Origin: Callorhinchus milii
Lineage: Eukaryota
NCBI RefSeq assembly: GCF_018977255.1
Contig: NW_024704742.1
Coordinates: 8,806,001 to 8,870,000 of the forward strand
Reading direction: 5' to 3'
DNA length: 64,000 nucleotides
Of the stretch, positions 1 through 12,639 are shown piece by piece (within the stretch, counting starts at the first letter, position 1; every line of letters begins with the position of its first letter). A program made the translations under genes and the position numbers. The notes below the pieces were generated by a model, which did not search any database, was not told the origin of the DNA, and saw only the letters and a list, made by a program, of their open reading frames with translations.

Positions 1-334
1 CATCACCGGCAGAATACGAGGACTTGTAACTTAACGGGACAACTTCCTCTCTTCCTGTGTAACGAAATTTCAAGTAGAAATTTGGGATATCAGACGAGCA
101 GAATTGATTTATTAATAATAATAATCCCTGCGTTTGATGTAGCACCTTATCACGTCTTCAAGACGTCTCAAAGCGCTTCACAGAATATACTGTAAAGTGA
201 ATTACTGTGCATTTTGTGGGAGAAACATTCTTCATCACACAGAACACTTAACAATTACTTCATCAATGAGCTTATAAAAATCAGACGTTTCAAGGCATGC
301 TTTGCGACTTTTTAATTCTATTCTCCATTTCACA

Positions 335-525
335 TCATTTTAAACTCAGGCTTTGTACAATCGGCTTTTTAAGTTTATAGGCTGGGGTTTTCCTTATCCG
401 TTCACCCTTGACTTGCACAATAAATGGCAATAGAGGTGGCTTCTGAACCAATAAGCCAATTGCTGCTGGTGTATAGGCCCGAAGCTCAATTTTGTCTTCA
501 GAATGAGCTGTCACTGCAATCCAAC
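335..525 (-). CDS. NOA1: NOA1 exon 7, terminal coding exon (GWIAVT...KPIVQSLSLK*)
   Basis: tttcag acceptor; stop TGA at 335-337; summed CDS 2136 bp gives 711 aa with no frame break. Confidence 0.93.
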
Positions 526-841
526 CTGAAAAAGTCATCAGAAAAGACTGGATATCAACAACCACTTGCACTGATTATAGAACCCTTCACGGGGAATAGC
601 ATCTCGGAGCGCTTGAAGAGACAAGGTTTTGAGAAAGAAAGACCGAGGGAGAGAGACAGACAGAGACTTAGAGAGGGAGAGACTGAGAGATGGAGACAGA
701 ATGAGAGAGAGGGAGAGAGACACACACACAACAGTTTGGGAAAATAGTTAACTAGTCTCTGAATTATGGAATTCTTTGGGGAAAAAAGCAACTGAGCTCC
801 AATAGACACAATTGTACCAATAATCTCACTTATTAGTAGTA

Positions 842-1555
842 CAGTGGAAGCCAGTTAAGACGGATACATCAGGGAAGGACATTTTATCCGGCTTAAGAAG
901 CATCCGAGGGTAGGAGGAGCTCCACCGATGCCGTATAATATGTAATAATGTTGTTTCACTTGAACCAATGTTAACTAACAGTGAAAGTTAAAATACACTG
1001 TTCACAATTCAGTAAAATATATTTACTTTGGCTGCAAAATGTAAGACAATACTTTCCTGCCCAGCAGGGGAGCGACTACCTCCCTCCCATTGCTGTTCTC
1101 ATTGGACGGGAAGGGGACCAATTAGCGGGGGCCTGAAGTAATTGACAGCACGGAGCCACTTTTGATTGGATGGACTCCAGCCAATCACAAGTGGCTCAGC
1201 TGTCAATCAATCAGTTTCCCTCCCTTGTTCTGCCCCATTCCTCTGCGCCCCCCCCCGCCACTGATTGACAGCCCAACTGCAGCTGCTTGCGAGTGGCTGG
1301 AGTCCGCTGTCAAATCAATCGTAGACTCCTCCCATCTTCATCCCGGAACCCCTTGGCTGAATGGATGCACACAAGGCCCCAGCGAGTACACTAGCGGTGA
1401 CCAGCACAGCATTTTGCTCAGAATTAATGGATTTTTGTCCAAATCAACTGTCATATTTACAGCAGGTAAAAATACAAATGAATCGGGCCGGGTGTTTTCA
1501 TCAATTTACCAGACGTCTGAGGTTAACCGACATCCGGTAAAAGCGGATTCCACTG
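842..1555. mobile_element. Non-autonomous Tc1/mariner (pogo/Tigger-like) MITE, family 1
   Basis: Ends CAGTGGAAGCC... and ...GGATTCCACTG are degenerate inverted repeats, TA on the left; a fragment of the same left end recurs inverted at about 33040-33095. Confidence 0.55.
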
Positions 1556-1559
1556 TGGA

Positions 1560-1930
1560 GACTACAGAGGCGGGGATTGTTCTTCTTAAGACCAGAAAGG
1601 ATTGAAGGGAGATTTAATAGGTGTTCAAAATTATGAGGGGTTTTGCTAGAGTAGATAGGGAGAAACTGTTTCCACTGGCCGGTGGGTCGGTAACCAGGGC
1701 ACATAGATTTAAGATAACTGGCAAAAGAACCAGAGGGGAGAAGAGACAATTTTTTTTTAAACCAGAAAGTTGTTCCTGATGGAATATGGTGGAAACAGGT
1801 TCAATAACAACTTTCAAAAAGGAATTAGACAGGTACTTGAAAAGGAAGAAAAGGAAGAATTTGCAGGGCTATGGGGTAAGATTGGGGGAGTGGAACTAGT
1901 TAGTAGCTCTTTCAAAGAGACGGCACAGGC
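1560..1930 (+). mobile_element. CR1-type LINE 3' fragment; related fragments at about 8955-9370(-), 21650-22300(-), 31160-31555(+), 35050-35620(+), 36650-37060(+), 51455-51815(-)
   Basis: Translations such as LRGDLI..FKIMRGFDRV.KEKLF, FFTQRVVRFWNALPERVVE; shared 3' tail GGCCGAATGGCCTACTCCTGCT. Confidence 0.8.
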
Positions 1931-2713
1931 AAGTCCCCAGCTTGCCATTAATAACACTGTCTGGCACGCTACCCACTGCGTGTCCAGCTGGGATGGATAT
2001 CAAGGCTTTAGATTGCAGGTTAACATGAGTGGGAAGAATCAATGTCTCCAGTGAATGGTCTGCCTATGAGGGAGGCTGGCTGGTCTGTCAGTGCGATGAA
2101 GTACTGCAGACCCACCTAGCTCAGGAACTGGCCCACCAAGACCGCCACAGCAGATTGATTATATTTGATAGTATGTTGTCAAACATAACAACTTGTTTCA
2201 AAGAGACCCTCCCTCTTCCTCCCCCACCCCCGAGGATAGTCACTATAGATCATTTGATAACTGACAGTGGCGGGGCATACTAGGGCGGGGGAGCTGGAGC
2301 AGGCCAATGTCCGCCGAGTAGAGGAAGCGGACAGGTTGATACAGTGTTCATAAGTCACAGAGGTAGAGAGGAGCAAGACCATAGAGGACTTTAAAAGTGA
2401 AGATGAGGATTTTGAACACTATCCTCCTGTGAAGCCAGGCGAGGGTGCGGGTGTTAGGGTCACAGTGCCTGGTGCGGGAGTGGACATGAGCTACAGAGTT
2501 CTGAATAATCTGCAGCTTGTGGGGGTAAGAGTCGGTAAGTCAAACAAGCAGATCGCTCTGTTAATTTGACACCATTGCCGACAATATGTACCTGAGAGGA
2601 AGGGCAAGTTGCTGATGTGTTGGTTTAACAATAAACATTGGATACAACATACCCTCACCAAAGTTATTTTGTCTATCGAAACTTTAAAAAATTATAAAAA
2701 TGAATGCCATTAC

Positions 2714-2831
2714 CTGCGGAAGAGAGCTTAATGTCAGCTGCAGCCTCCAGCAGGCCAATTCCCTCCAACTCAATATTCTGAGGAACCAGTGATGGGAAAT
2801 CTTTCATTCTCTCCTCACCACCAATAGGAAC
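2714..2831 (-). CDS. NOA1: NOA1 exon 6 ([15 protein letters not shown]...ADIKLSSAG)
   Basis: ctag acceptor, gtaat donor, 118 bp. Confidence 0.93.
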
Positions 2832-3395
2832 CTAGTAGAAAAATTCACAGAATCATTGAGAACATGCAAGATCAGCCACATAGACCTAAACAGTCTTTAA
2901 TAATAATTTCTTCAAATTTTTGTTTAAAAAAATGTCACTTAGTCCATTACTGTTTGTGGGACACTGCTGTGCGCAATTGGCTGCCCCGTTTCACCCACAA
3001 ATTATAGTCAATTCACTTTACAGTATATTCCATGAAGCGCTTTGAGATGTGATAAGGTGTTATATCAAATGCAAGGATTATTATATAGAATGCTTAGATT
3101 GTATCAGGTATATTGACACCTTCTTGGCATTTATTTCAAACAAGAATTTCAATGCATTTTCATGTTCTTATGCTTTATTAATTTACAAGGAAACTGAGGT
3201 GATGGAAAATGCCCTCACGAGTCCCTCCCCATGTTACAATGTGCGAGACTAAACATTTTTGGTGAATAGCTAGCTCGACAGATAAAGGATATGCAGATAA
3301 GCAGAGCGCCACTGAACTCTCCCAGCAAACGTCAGGTTTAAACCAAGTATCTTATTCAGCCACTCTGTGCTTTTTAATACGGAATGGTGGTTTAC

Positions 3396-3512
3396 CCCAA
3401 GGAATGCTTTGCCAGCATGCTTCTGGTAGATTGAATCTGCTTTCTCCAAGCTGGTTATGTGAACTGGAAGCTGGTTGGAGGCAAGTACAGAAAACCAGGC
3501 TGACTTTTCACC
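3396..3512 (-). CDS. NOA1: NOA1 exon 5 ([20 protein letters not shown]...AFLG)
   Basis: ttacag acceptor, gtaaa donor, 117 bp. Confidence 0.93.
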
Positions 3513-4121
3513 CTGTAAAATAAATAAAAGATGCTTTAAAGTATAAACTAATAAATGCTTACAGAGTTTATGCTTACATCATGCGAAGTTTATCTGAAAA
3601 TAAAATTCTCACACGCCTGTACCTGCTCACTCTAATTTTTGCACAACTGGCTGCCGTGTTTTGCCCACAAAATATAGTCAATTCACTTTATTGTATATTC
3701 TGTGAAGCGCTTTGAGACATCTTATCGACTTGATAAAGTGCTATATCAAACGCAAGGATTATTTTTATTGTTATCCTGCTGTGGAGGTCAAACAAGAAAG
3801 TTCCAGCACTGATCTGTTTGAATTTTTTAAAAACTCAGTCTCAACATAAACAAACAAAGATCACAGCAACTGCAGATCTAATAAGAAATTAGCACCTCAC
3901 AAACATTTTTACTAAAAAAAACTCAAAATAATTAAATGGCAAGTACAGGCAATTCCTTCTGACATTTTTGGCAGTACAGGCACAAGTATCAAACAAACAA
4001 GGTATTTACAGTGTTAAAGAGCAAAATGTTTAAAGACCCAATACTTTGAATTGTGACATAATAAAACTACTACAAGCCACTGATCACCTGTTTTGTTCCT
4101 ATCGGTATTCTAAACCCATAC

Positions 4122-4253
4122 CTTCAGAAAGTCTATGCGGCCCAGGGCACCCAGTAGTAGCACCATTCCTGGCTGAAGTACAAACGTACGTGGGACAATA
4201 CCAGAAGAAGGCATCACAACTTTCAGCTCGTGTTCTGTAAGAAGATTTAAGAC
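4122..4253 (-). CDS. NOA1: NOA1 exon 4 ([15 protein letters not shown]...[11 protein letters not shown])
   Basis: ttgcag acceptor, gtatg donor, 132 bp, phase 0/0. Confidence 0.94.
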
Positions 4254-5800
4254 CTGCAAAATATATTGGTAATATTGAGGGAAGCTTCAACCCCTGATGG
4301 TCTATAGCTTCATCCATAGCTGCCGCATTTCACCCACAAATATTTAGTCAATTTTCTTTACAGTCTATTCTATAAAGCGCTTTAAGACATCTAGATGTGA
4401 AAAGCGCTATATCAAATGCAAGGATTATTATTATATAGAGTGAATTCACTTTACAGTATATCCTGTGAAGCGCTTTTGAGATGTCTCGAAGACGCGATAA
4501 GGTGCTGAATCAAATGCAAGGAATATTACTGTCAATCTGTGAGTTGTCAAAAGACAGAATATGGAAAGGTGGTGTGTGCGCCAACCTGCTCATTCTGGGA
4601 ACCATCATATCACCTCACACACACTGACACAAACAGCGGGAACGGGAGGCGGTGCGCTCTGTACACAGCTGGGAGTCGCTGTCTTATCACCTGCACAGCG
4701 GAGGGGCAGCGTGTGAAGGGAAGATAGTGCAGACCACCCACAGCTGGTCCTGGGAGTTACTGGTTTACCTCACACGTAACAGAAGTGCAGGGACAGAGCA
4801 GCATGTCCTGCGAGCTGCTATCTTACTTCCTACAGGAAGAGTTCAATTTGAGAAGGAGATTTTGCGAGTTTATCTGTGATGAGGAGTGGATACCGTGTAA
4901 ATAGTTGTGAAGTTTACTCGAGTTAAGAGTTATAAAAGCAAATATTGTTGAACAGTAAATGGATTTACATAGGTATAGATAGATAGACATGTTTAAGCAA
5001 AATAATTAAATATAGAATTAAATAGAATTCAAGAGTATTGATGAAGCCTAAGGAGTATTTAAAGGAAAAAGGGAAAAAATGTTGTAAAGCAGGCAGGTTA
5101 TATAAGAACGTTTGTAAAGGTATGGTACAAAATAAACAAAGTTCTTTGAAGGGAGTGTTCTCTTGATTCCCTCAGTTCCTGAATCTTGATTAAAACACGG
5201 TGTTCAACACCACCCTATCTCTACACCCTCCTTCAACCCGAGGCTCTCTTCATGTGTCCTGCCTTCAGCTTTCTTCCCCAGCTCTCTGGAATCCCAGTCC
5301 CCTGCACTCACTCCTTCCCTCACCCCATCTCATGTACCGTTGACTATGCATCTTTCCCCTCCCCCACCGTCTTCAGCTCCCACCTCCAGCTCAGGTATGT
5401 AGCTAGCAGTATCAAGTCCTCCTGACGTGAAAGGCATGATACAAATGTAAATTGTGCTGTAACTTGTAAACCTTGTTTTTACTTGGAGAAGTTATACACT
5501 TTACTTTGGAAACAAAATGGCTGTAAAATCAACTGCAATTGGATTCTCCAACTGCAAGGATTTTCTTATGATTTTACTAATCATAAAACTGGACGAAAGA
5601 AAAATAGAAATACAAGATGTTCTGTCCCTATATCCCATAGTGTCAATTCGGGTCTGCATACCAGAATTCATCACACAATGATGCGAATACATTGTTGTAA
5701 ATGTGATCAATCAATCTTTTGGTAAGTGACCTGAACTGAAGAAATGGCTTGTGATTTGCATTATACCACCAACAACTTATTGCAATTTAGCTTCACTTAC

Positions 5801-6018
5801 ACAGTCCTCCTTGACAATGCCAGGAGTGTCATAAAACCAGCGAGCATCCTTCAGTTCATTGTACGTAAATGCCAAATTCTCTTGGATGTTTAAGCGATTT
5901 TGCGGATGATCATCTTCCATACTTATGGCGAGTTGGTCTGGATCCCATTCCATTTGTTCAGAAACTTTGTTTCTCTGCTGAATTACTTGTGAATTATGAA
6001 AGGTTTTACCAATTCTAC
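5801..6018 (-). CDS. NOA1: NOA1 exon 3 (RIGKTF...WFYDTPGIVKEDC)
   Basis: cttag acceptor, gtaag donor, 218 bp, contains G3 DTPG. Confidence 0.94.
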
Positions 6019-7148
6019 CTAAGTGTCAAAGAAAATAATTCCATAACCAAGTGTTACAAATTTCCAATTGTTTGTCTCATCTCTATTGAATGTGCTCAGT
6101 TGTCCCTTTCTTGGTTACTACCATTTTCAGCTACTCCTAAATTTACTCTTTCTGAACCTATTCTGGGTTGTTTACAGAGATACAAACAATAAAGCTCAGA
6201 CTAAAACTCGTAACACCGCTCTCCTACATTACTTCCGCACTTACCGGCTGCATTAAATGACGGGAAATGACCCGTCACCACACGCACACCTACCAGTTGC
6301 AATGAATTACGCAGGCTTATTGTAGATTATTGATTAAATAGAATTTTATACGACTTAATATAGTTTGCCTGTAACTCTTGACTTCATGCAAGTCATATTA
6401 AAGGTTATGGTCCTGACTGATACAATTTACGTGAGTTTTACTGTATTGATGACTAAATTGATGACTTGAACATAAATTCATGAATTGATAGTATACTGAA
6501 CAAGATTGACAAGATTTGTTATGAACCCCATTACTACCACATTCTCTAGTGAAGTACTGTGGAGCGCTGCACTGTCATGGAGGTTTGTGGGACTTAACTG
6601 TGTGGAAAGTGAGTTACCAAGTTTGTGTTTGCCAACAAAGCCAGTGATTACACGTGGCCACAATTATCTGTGAAATGCTTAGAGGTATTTTGATGTTGGG
6701 AGCGTAATAATCCTTACATTTTGTATAGTGTTTTTCATGTTTGCAGGACATCCCAAAGTGCTTCACAGGATTTACTGCAGTGATTCATGTCCTGTGGGCA
6801 AATTTGGCAGTTCATTGGTGAAGTGTACGACCAATTTTATTTGGGGGTTTGTTGGCCAGTACATCGGGAGAAACTTACTTCTCTTTTCGAAGAGTGCCAT
6901 GGGATCTTTAATGTCCACCTGAAGAGGCAGACAGGATTGTGGTTTAACATCTCATCCGAAGGATGGAACCTCCAACAATACTCCTAGTATTGAAGTGTCA
7001 GCTTAGATTATACAGGTTCCCAGGCCCACCGTGGGGCTTGAACCCATAACTTTCTGTCTCAGAGGCAAGAGTGCCACCAACTGAGTCAGTTCCAGAAACA
7101 AGAATAGCAATTGAGTCCTCCTTTATTAGACGAGTATGAAAGCCTTAC

Positions 7149-7313
7149 CAATTAAGTAGCCATGTTTCTTAAGTCGATGAAGCTGCTTCAATTCCTCTTC
7201 ATCAAGGTCAAATTCGGTCTGTGACTTATCAGCTTTCAGTCTCTTTGCTCTTTTTTCCATTCTGGATGGCGTTGGATTTATAATTGGAAATTTAAGGAGA
7301 TTTAAAGTGGTTC
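7149..7313 (-). CDS. NOA1: NOA1 exon 2 ([14 protein letters not shown]...HGYLIG)
   Basis: ttcacag acceptor, gtaag donor, 165 bp, completes the G2 motif WPGTT in frame. Confidence 0.94.
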
Positions 7314-10168
7314 CTGTGAAACAAAACATTTACATAATCACATAAATAAGTGCATTTTTTCAAAAAATGAACAGTTAAATTGAAAGATTAATTTTTAAGG
7401 TTTGGGAAAATAATTTGTTCAAACATTAAAAAAAAATTTGTTTTCAAAATGCAACGATTATACCTTCTTCTATGAAACCAAACATCTAATTTACATTTCA
7501 GAGATAGTCCACAAAAGAGTTCTTCCACACAAAAAAAGTCACTGCATTTCACGGTATATCCCGTGAAATGTTTGGGAACATCCTCACTGTGAAAGGCGTC
7601 ACAATAAACCCCGCCACAAGAGAGAATGATTGAGGGGGAGAAGAAACAGAGACGGAGAGCGAGGGGGGAGAGAAAGGGAAGAGAGTGATTGACAGAAGGA
7701 ATAGTGATTGAGAGAGAGAGAATGAGGGGGAGAGAGCAGAGTGATAGAGAAACAACGAGAGAGAGAGAGAGAGTGCGAGCGCATGGGGAGAGGGGCAGAA
7801 ATCACAGGAGAGAGGGGAAGTGAGGGCATCGTTTTGTGGTTCTCAGCAACCAAAAGGTTGGACCACGTGAAACAATCGTTGTGAAGAGTTTTTGTAAACT
7901 TTGTAAACAGTTCTGTTTTGAAACCTGTTTGGTTTTGTTATTCATTGTCCAGTACATGTTATCTCCACATAAAGATCAGCACTGTGCAGAACTGTATATA
8001 GAAAGAACATGCAATTATAGCTTTAATATACATGGGTTAAACATGGTGCAGAACTTTGCCTTAATGTGTGCAGCCAGTCAGGTACTTGTGTATTTTGTTA
8101 TGTGTTAGTCATATAAAATCCAAATTATACATAATTTTACATGTGCCATATACGATATGACTTACGCAAGTTTGACATAACTCGTACTTTGCATAAATCA
8201 TTAAATGTATGGTCCCAACTGATATGACTTATGTGAGGTTTACTGAATACCAAGTGATTATTATTATGAAATAACAATGGAAACCTTAAGAGATTTAAAA
8301 GGCTCGAAACAGATTTTATGGGGACGTTTTACATACAAATTGTAGACATTCAGCTAAGATTTTTTTAAAAAAAACAAAAATTGGTCACTCACCTCATTGG
8401 CTGTTTGAGGGACACTGCTTTGTGCATTTTGGCTGCCGTGTTCACCAACAATCTACACTGTCACGCCACTTTACAGCATATCCTGTTAAGCGTTTGAAGA
8501 CAATATCTTGACAATGTGATAAGGCATTATATCAAATGCAAGAATTATTATTCATTTATATATTTACCAACTCTGACAGAACGCAAGATTGCATTTCTGG
8601 AGACAGTCAGGATCTTTTCTAGAACAAAACTGGGCACAAATAGCAGAGCAAAAGGAGAACTGGTACCCTTTTCATACACATTCAATATATAGAGTACAGC
8701 CCCAGTTTCCTTAAGAGTGAAAGACAAAATATAGAGCAAAACGACTTAATGGGGATTTTAGTGGCAGTCTTCAAAGACTTGCTTACTTCCCCTACTTCAA
8801 TTAAAAACATTTTTTAGCAACTAGTACAGGTGCATGCCTGTACTGATGTGTGTATACCATCTTGTCTGCTCCCACTGAGAAAAACGCTAAATGTAATTTG
8901 CTGTTGTTGCTCTCCAATTCCACAGAACTCCTCTATATTGGTTTTATATGCAAATCATAGAATCATAGAATTATACAGCACAGGAGGCCATTCGGCCCAT
9001 TGTGCCTGTGCCGGCTCTTTGAAGAAGCTATCCAATTCAATCCTACTTGCCCACCCTCTCTCTCCAAAACCCTTCAAACTTGTCCTCCCCAAATAATTAT
9101 CTACTTCTCTCTTAAAAGTTGTTATTGAATCAACTTCCACCACCCTTTCAGGCAATGCATTCCAGAACCGAACAACTCGCTGTGTGAAAAAAATTCTCCT
9201 CACCTCCCGTTTCTTTTAACAACTATTTTAAATTGGTGTCCTCGGGTTACCAACCCATTTACCAGTGGAAATAATTTCTCTTTGTTCACCCTATCGAATC
9301 CCCTCATAACTTTGAAAACTAGATCTACTAAGTCTCCTCTTAATTTTCTCTGCCCCAAGGAGAATAATTTTCTCTGCCCCAAGCAGCGTTTTGTGGTTCT
9401 CACTGGACATCTGACCCTCAGCAACCAAAAGGTTGGACCACCCTGCTCCACGTGAAACAATCACTAGTTAACTTTCCTTAACAGAATTCTCACTCTGTTC
9501 CACCTCACTCAGGTCCCTCCTCATGCTGCCGGGCTCTCTGCTTAAGGGAGAAAATGAACTGGTTTCTTTAGGTCTAATTCAGTATTGGGTTTAATGAACC
9601 AAGTGGGTCTGCAGTTCTCCAGAGCACTTCTATCAGACCAGCCTGCCCGTTCTTGGGCTGGGCAGCATTTTTATACAATAATAATCCTTGCATTTGATAT
9701 AGTGTCATATTTACATCTTCAAGACATCTCAAAGCTCTTCACAGAATATACTGTAAAGTGAATTGACCGTATATTTTGTGGGCAAAACCCAGCAGCCGAT
9801 TGGATTGAGTGACCAAATTATATTTTTTGGGGAGACGGGATTATTGCTCCCGAAAACAACCGGGTTCTTACTTACTGCTAGGTAAACGGAGACCCGTGGA
9901 GCACAGAAACTTGCCCAACGTTTTGTCCTGCCTGGGAATCAAACCCAGGTCCTCTCGCGTGTGAGGAGAGTGCTCTAACTACTGAGCTACAGGACTCCAC
10001 TGTAGTCATTGGGAGTCATTATATAAAAAAAGTTGTTGTACTGTACTGCGTTGTACACAACTATAAACATGAAGTTAAAAAGCAAAGCTGAACTTCATAC
10101 AATCCAAAGATTATACAATTTGTATAAAGCGGACCCATACGCTTGAATAGTTTACTTCTGTCTCTCAC

Positions 10169-11363
10169 CTGGCCATCGTGAAATCGTTGCTCTCTGAATG
10201 ACATCTGGAGTTTTGGATTTACAGTAATCTGACTTCAACAAGGTATTGAATAGTGTAGACTTTCCAACATTGGTGGTTCCCACCAAATAGACATCTCCTT
10301 TGCGCTTCCAAGAACTCTGCAGTTTTGAGATCAAGTGCTCGATTCCGTACCCAGTTTTGGCACTGATGAGCTGCACATCTTTAATGTTCTGCCCATCGTA
10401 AATCCCATGTCTGACACAGAGATCGAACACGTGCTGCTGGATCCGCTTCAGATAGTTCCGAGAATCGGATGGGATCAAGTCGACTTTATTGGCGAGGATT
10501 AAGACGGATTTCTGCTCTCCCACTAAATCGAGGAGATCGGGGATGATGGTACCGGGGAGATCCAGCAAATCGATCATGTACAGGACAAGCGCCTTCTCCT
10601 TGCGGATGCCGCTCACGATCTCTCGGTACTGTTCAACCGACACTTTGACGTCCAGAGCCCTGTGATGGTGAACGAGCAGAAAGCAGCGCTGACACACGGA
10701 CTTGTCCAGGGCGCCCTCCTGCACCAGGCGCTTGTACTTCTCACTGGGTAGGTACCCGGCCTGGGAGGGCTCGGTGCAGTGCAGGACCGCGCCGCAGCCC
10801 GAGCAGTTACAGCTGCTGATCGGCTCCAGGGGGTCGGGGCTGCCGTAGATCGGGTGCCGCCCGGAGGCTCGTCTCTTGCTGCTGGACGGCAGGTGGGAGA
10901 GGGGGGATTGAGGCCCGGGGCTGACATGCGGCCTCTGTACCTGCTGCTGGCGGGGCCGCGGGGGGCGGCGACCCTGCGCCCCGGCCTCGGAACCCTCCTC
11001 CCGGGCCTCCCCCTCCCCGGCAGCCCGGGCCCCGCGCTCCCCCTTGGCGAGCGCAGCCTCGCACTCGCTAACCCTAACCTCGCTCTCCCGCTCCCCCTCC
11101 GCGGCCTCGCACTCCCCGAAGCGCTCCTCCTCCTCCTCCTCCGGCCACACCGCGCCGCCCCCCGCCGTCCGCGCGCGGCCTGCTCTCAGCCACCGGTGCT
11201 GACCGTGGGCCGTGGCCGGGCTGAGCTCGGGCCTGGCCCCCGCCGGCCGGCAGCGGGGAGGAGGCCGGAGAAGGAGCCGCGGCGGCAGAGTCAGGCGGCG
11301 GCTCAGGCCGAGCGTGGCCCTGAGCAGCAGCTCCATCGGCCTCCGGCTCCGGACACTCAACAT
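10169..11363 (-). CDS. NOA1: NOA1 exon 1 (nitric oxide-associated protein 1, mitochondrial cpGTPase): targeting peptide, Zn-binding CxxC pairs, G4/G5/G1 motifs
   Basis: ATG in GCCGCCATG Kozak context at 11363; Arg/Leu-rich N-terminus; CSGCG...CQRC; NKVD, SAKTG, GTTNVGKSTLFN, TISRWPG; donor CAG|GTGAG after 10169 (phase 1). Confidence 0.96.
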
Positions 11364-11466
11364 GGCGGCCACCTTCCTCCCAGCGGCCACCGCGGCCCGG
11401 GCACATGCGCACTGGTCGCCCTCACTGCTGACCTTTGACCCGGAACTCCTCTCCCAGCTTCCGGTC
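11358..11466 (-). promoter_or_regulatory. NOA1 proximal promoter/5'UTR in a CpG island (about 10450-11480)
   Basis: YY1-like CAACATGGCGGC over the ATG, NRF1-like GCACATGCGCA 11401-11411, DR1 TGACCTTTGACCC 11429-11441, ETS CCGGAA 11440-11445 and CTTCCGG 11458-11464; no TATA. Confidence 0.6.
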
Positions 11467-12639
11467 ATCAGGTTCAAATGTGAAGCTTTGGATCCCCCCC
11501 CCTCCCCCGGCCTTGTTGTTATTGTTCTATAATTATTATTATTATTATTATTACCTGTTATAATAGTGCAGTGCAGTCCTGTCGCTCAGTGGTTGGAGCG
11601 CTCACCTTCGCGTGGGCCCGGGTTGGATTTCCTTACTCCGCGTGTGCACCTCTGGAGAGGAGAGGAGAGGAGAGGATAATAAGTTGGTGATGTTCCGCCC
11701 GCGGCAGTTTGTGGGGGTTCGCTGCCGCGCGCAATCGGCTGCCGCGCTTCGCCCACAAAACATACAGTCAATTCACCTTACGGCATATTCTGTGAAGGGC
11801 TTTTGAGACGTCGAGAAGACGTGATAAAGCGCTATAGCGAACACAAGGGCTATTATTACACAAATCCAGCTTTCTGTTAGGGATTCTCTGTGCCGTTCTG
11901 CTTTAGGATTGACACCTCCGACAAACCCAAAAAAGGCCACCGACTCAACAATAATAATAACAATAATCCCGGCATTTGATACAGCGCTCTTCACGTCTTC
12001 TCGACATCTCAAAGCGCTTCACAGAATATACTGTAAAGTGAATTGACTATATTTATGGCGAAACGCGGCAGCCAATTGCACACAGCAGTGTCCCACAAAC
12101 AGTCGTGGATTGAGTGACCAAATTATTATTGATTTTTTTTCTTGAGGGACTATTATCAGGAGTGTAGAGAAAGGAAACTTGCCCAAGGTTTCACCCTGAC
12201 GGCTGGGAATCGAACCCAGGTGTCTCGCTTGCAAGGCGAGTGCTCTAACCACTGAGCTGCAGGACTCCACGTCCTGCATAAGCATAACATTTACTAATAA
12301 AACTTCGAAAGAAAAGTTTACAAGACGGTAACCTACTTCTACATATCAATGCCATCAATGGATGGTTGCAGAAGCCATGCAGTCTATATGGTACTATCAG
12401 TATAAGTGAGCAACATGTCCTTTATTATTACCTTCTACGTTCTATGACTGAGCCAGTTTTCAATCCAACCAGCTAAGTGAACTCATGTTATCAACAAGGA
12501 AAACAATGTGGTGCAATACCAAATCCAGATTTTGTACAAAGAGAGGAGAAACAAGTGCTTGCGTTGGAATCTAACTGTATGCCTCCATCTCAATTTGCAC
12601 TTGTGACAGCTCATTCATTCGTATATGGAGGTTAAATGA

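Noticed and set aside
11364..11477. 38-aa N-terminal extension of NOA1 in the ORF track
   Set aside because: Starts at a non-ATG codon in promoter sequence; the ATG at 11363 has a strong Kozak context and begins a targeting-peptide-like sequence
10779..11532. Antisense ORFs (219 aa, 106 aa) over NOA1 exon 1
   Set aside because: Expected stop-codon scarcity in GC-rich coding DNA; no recognisable domain
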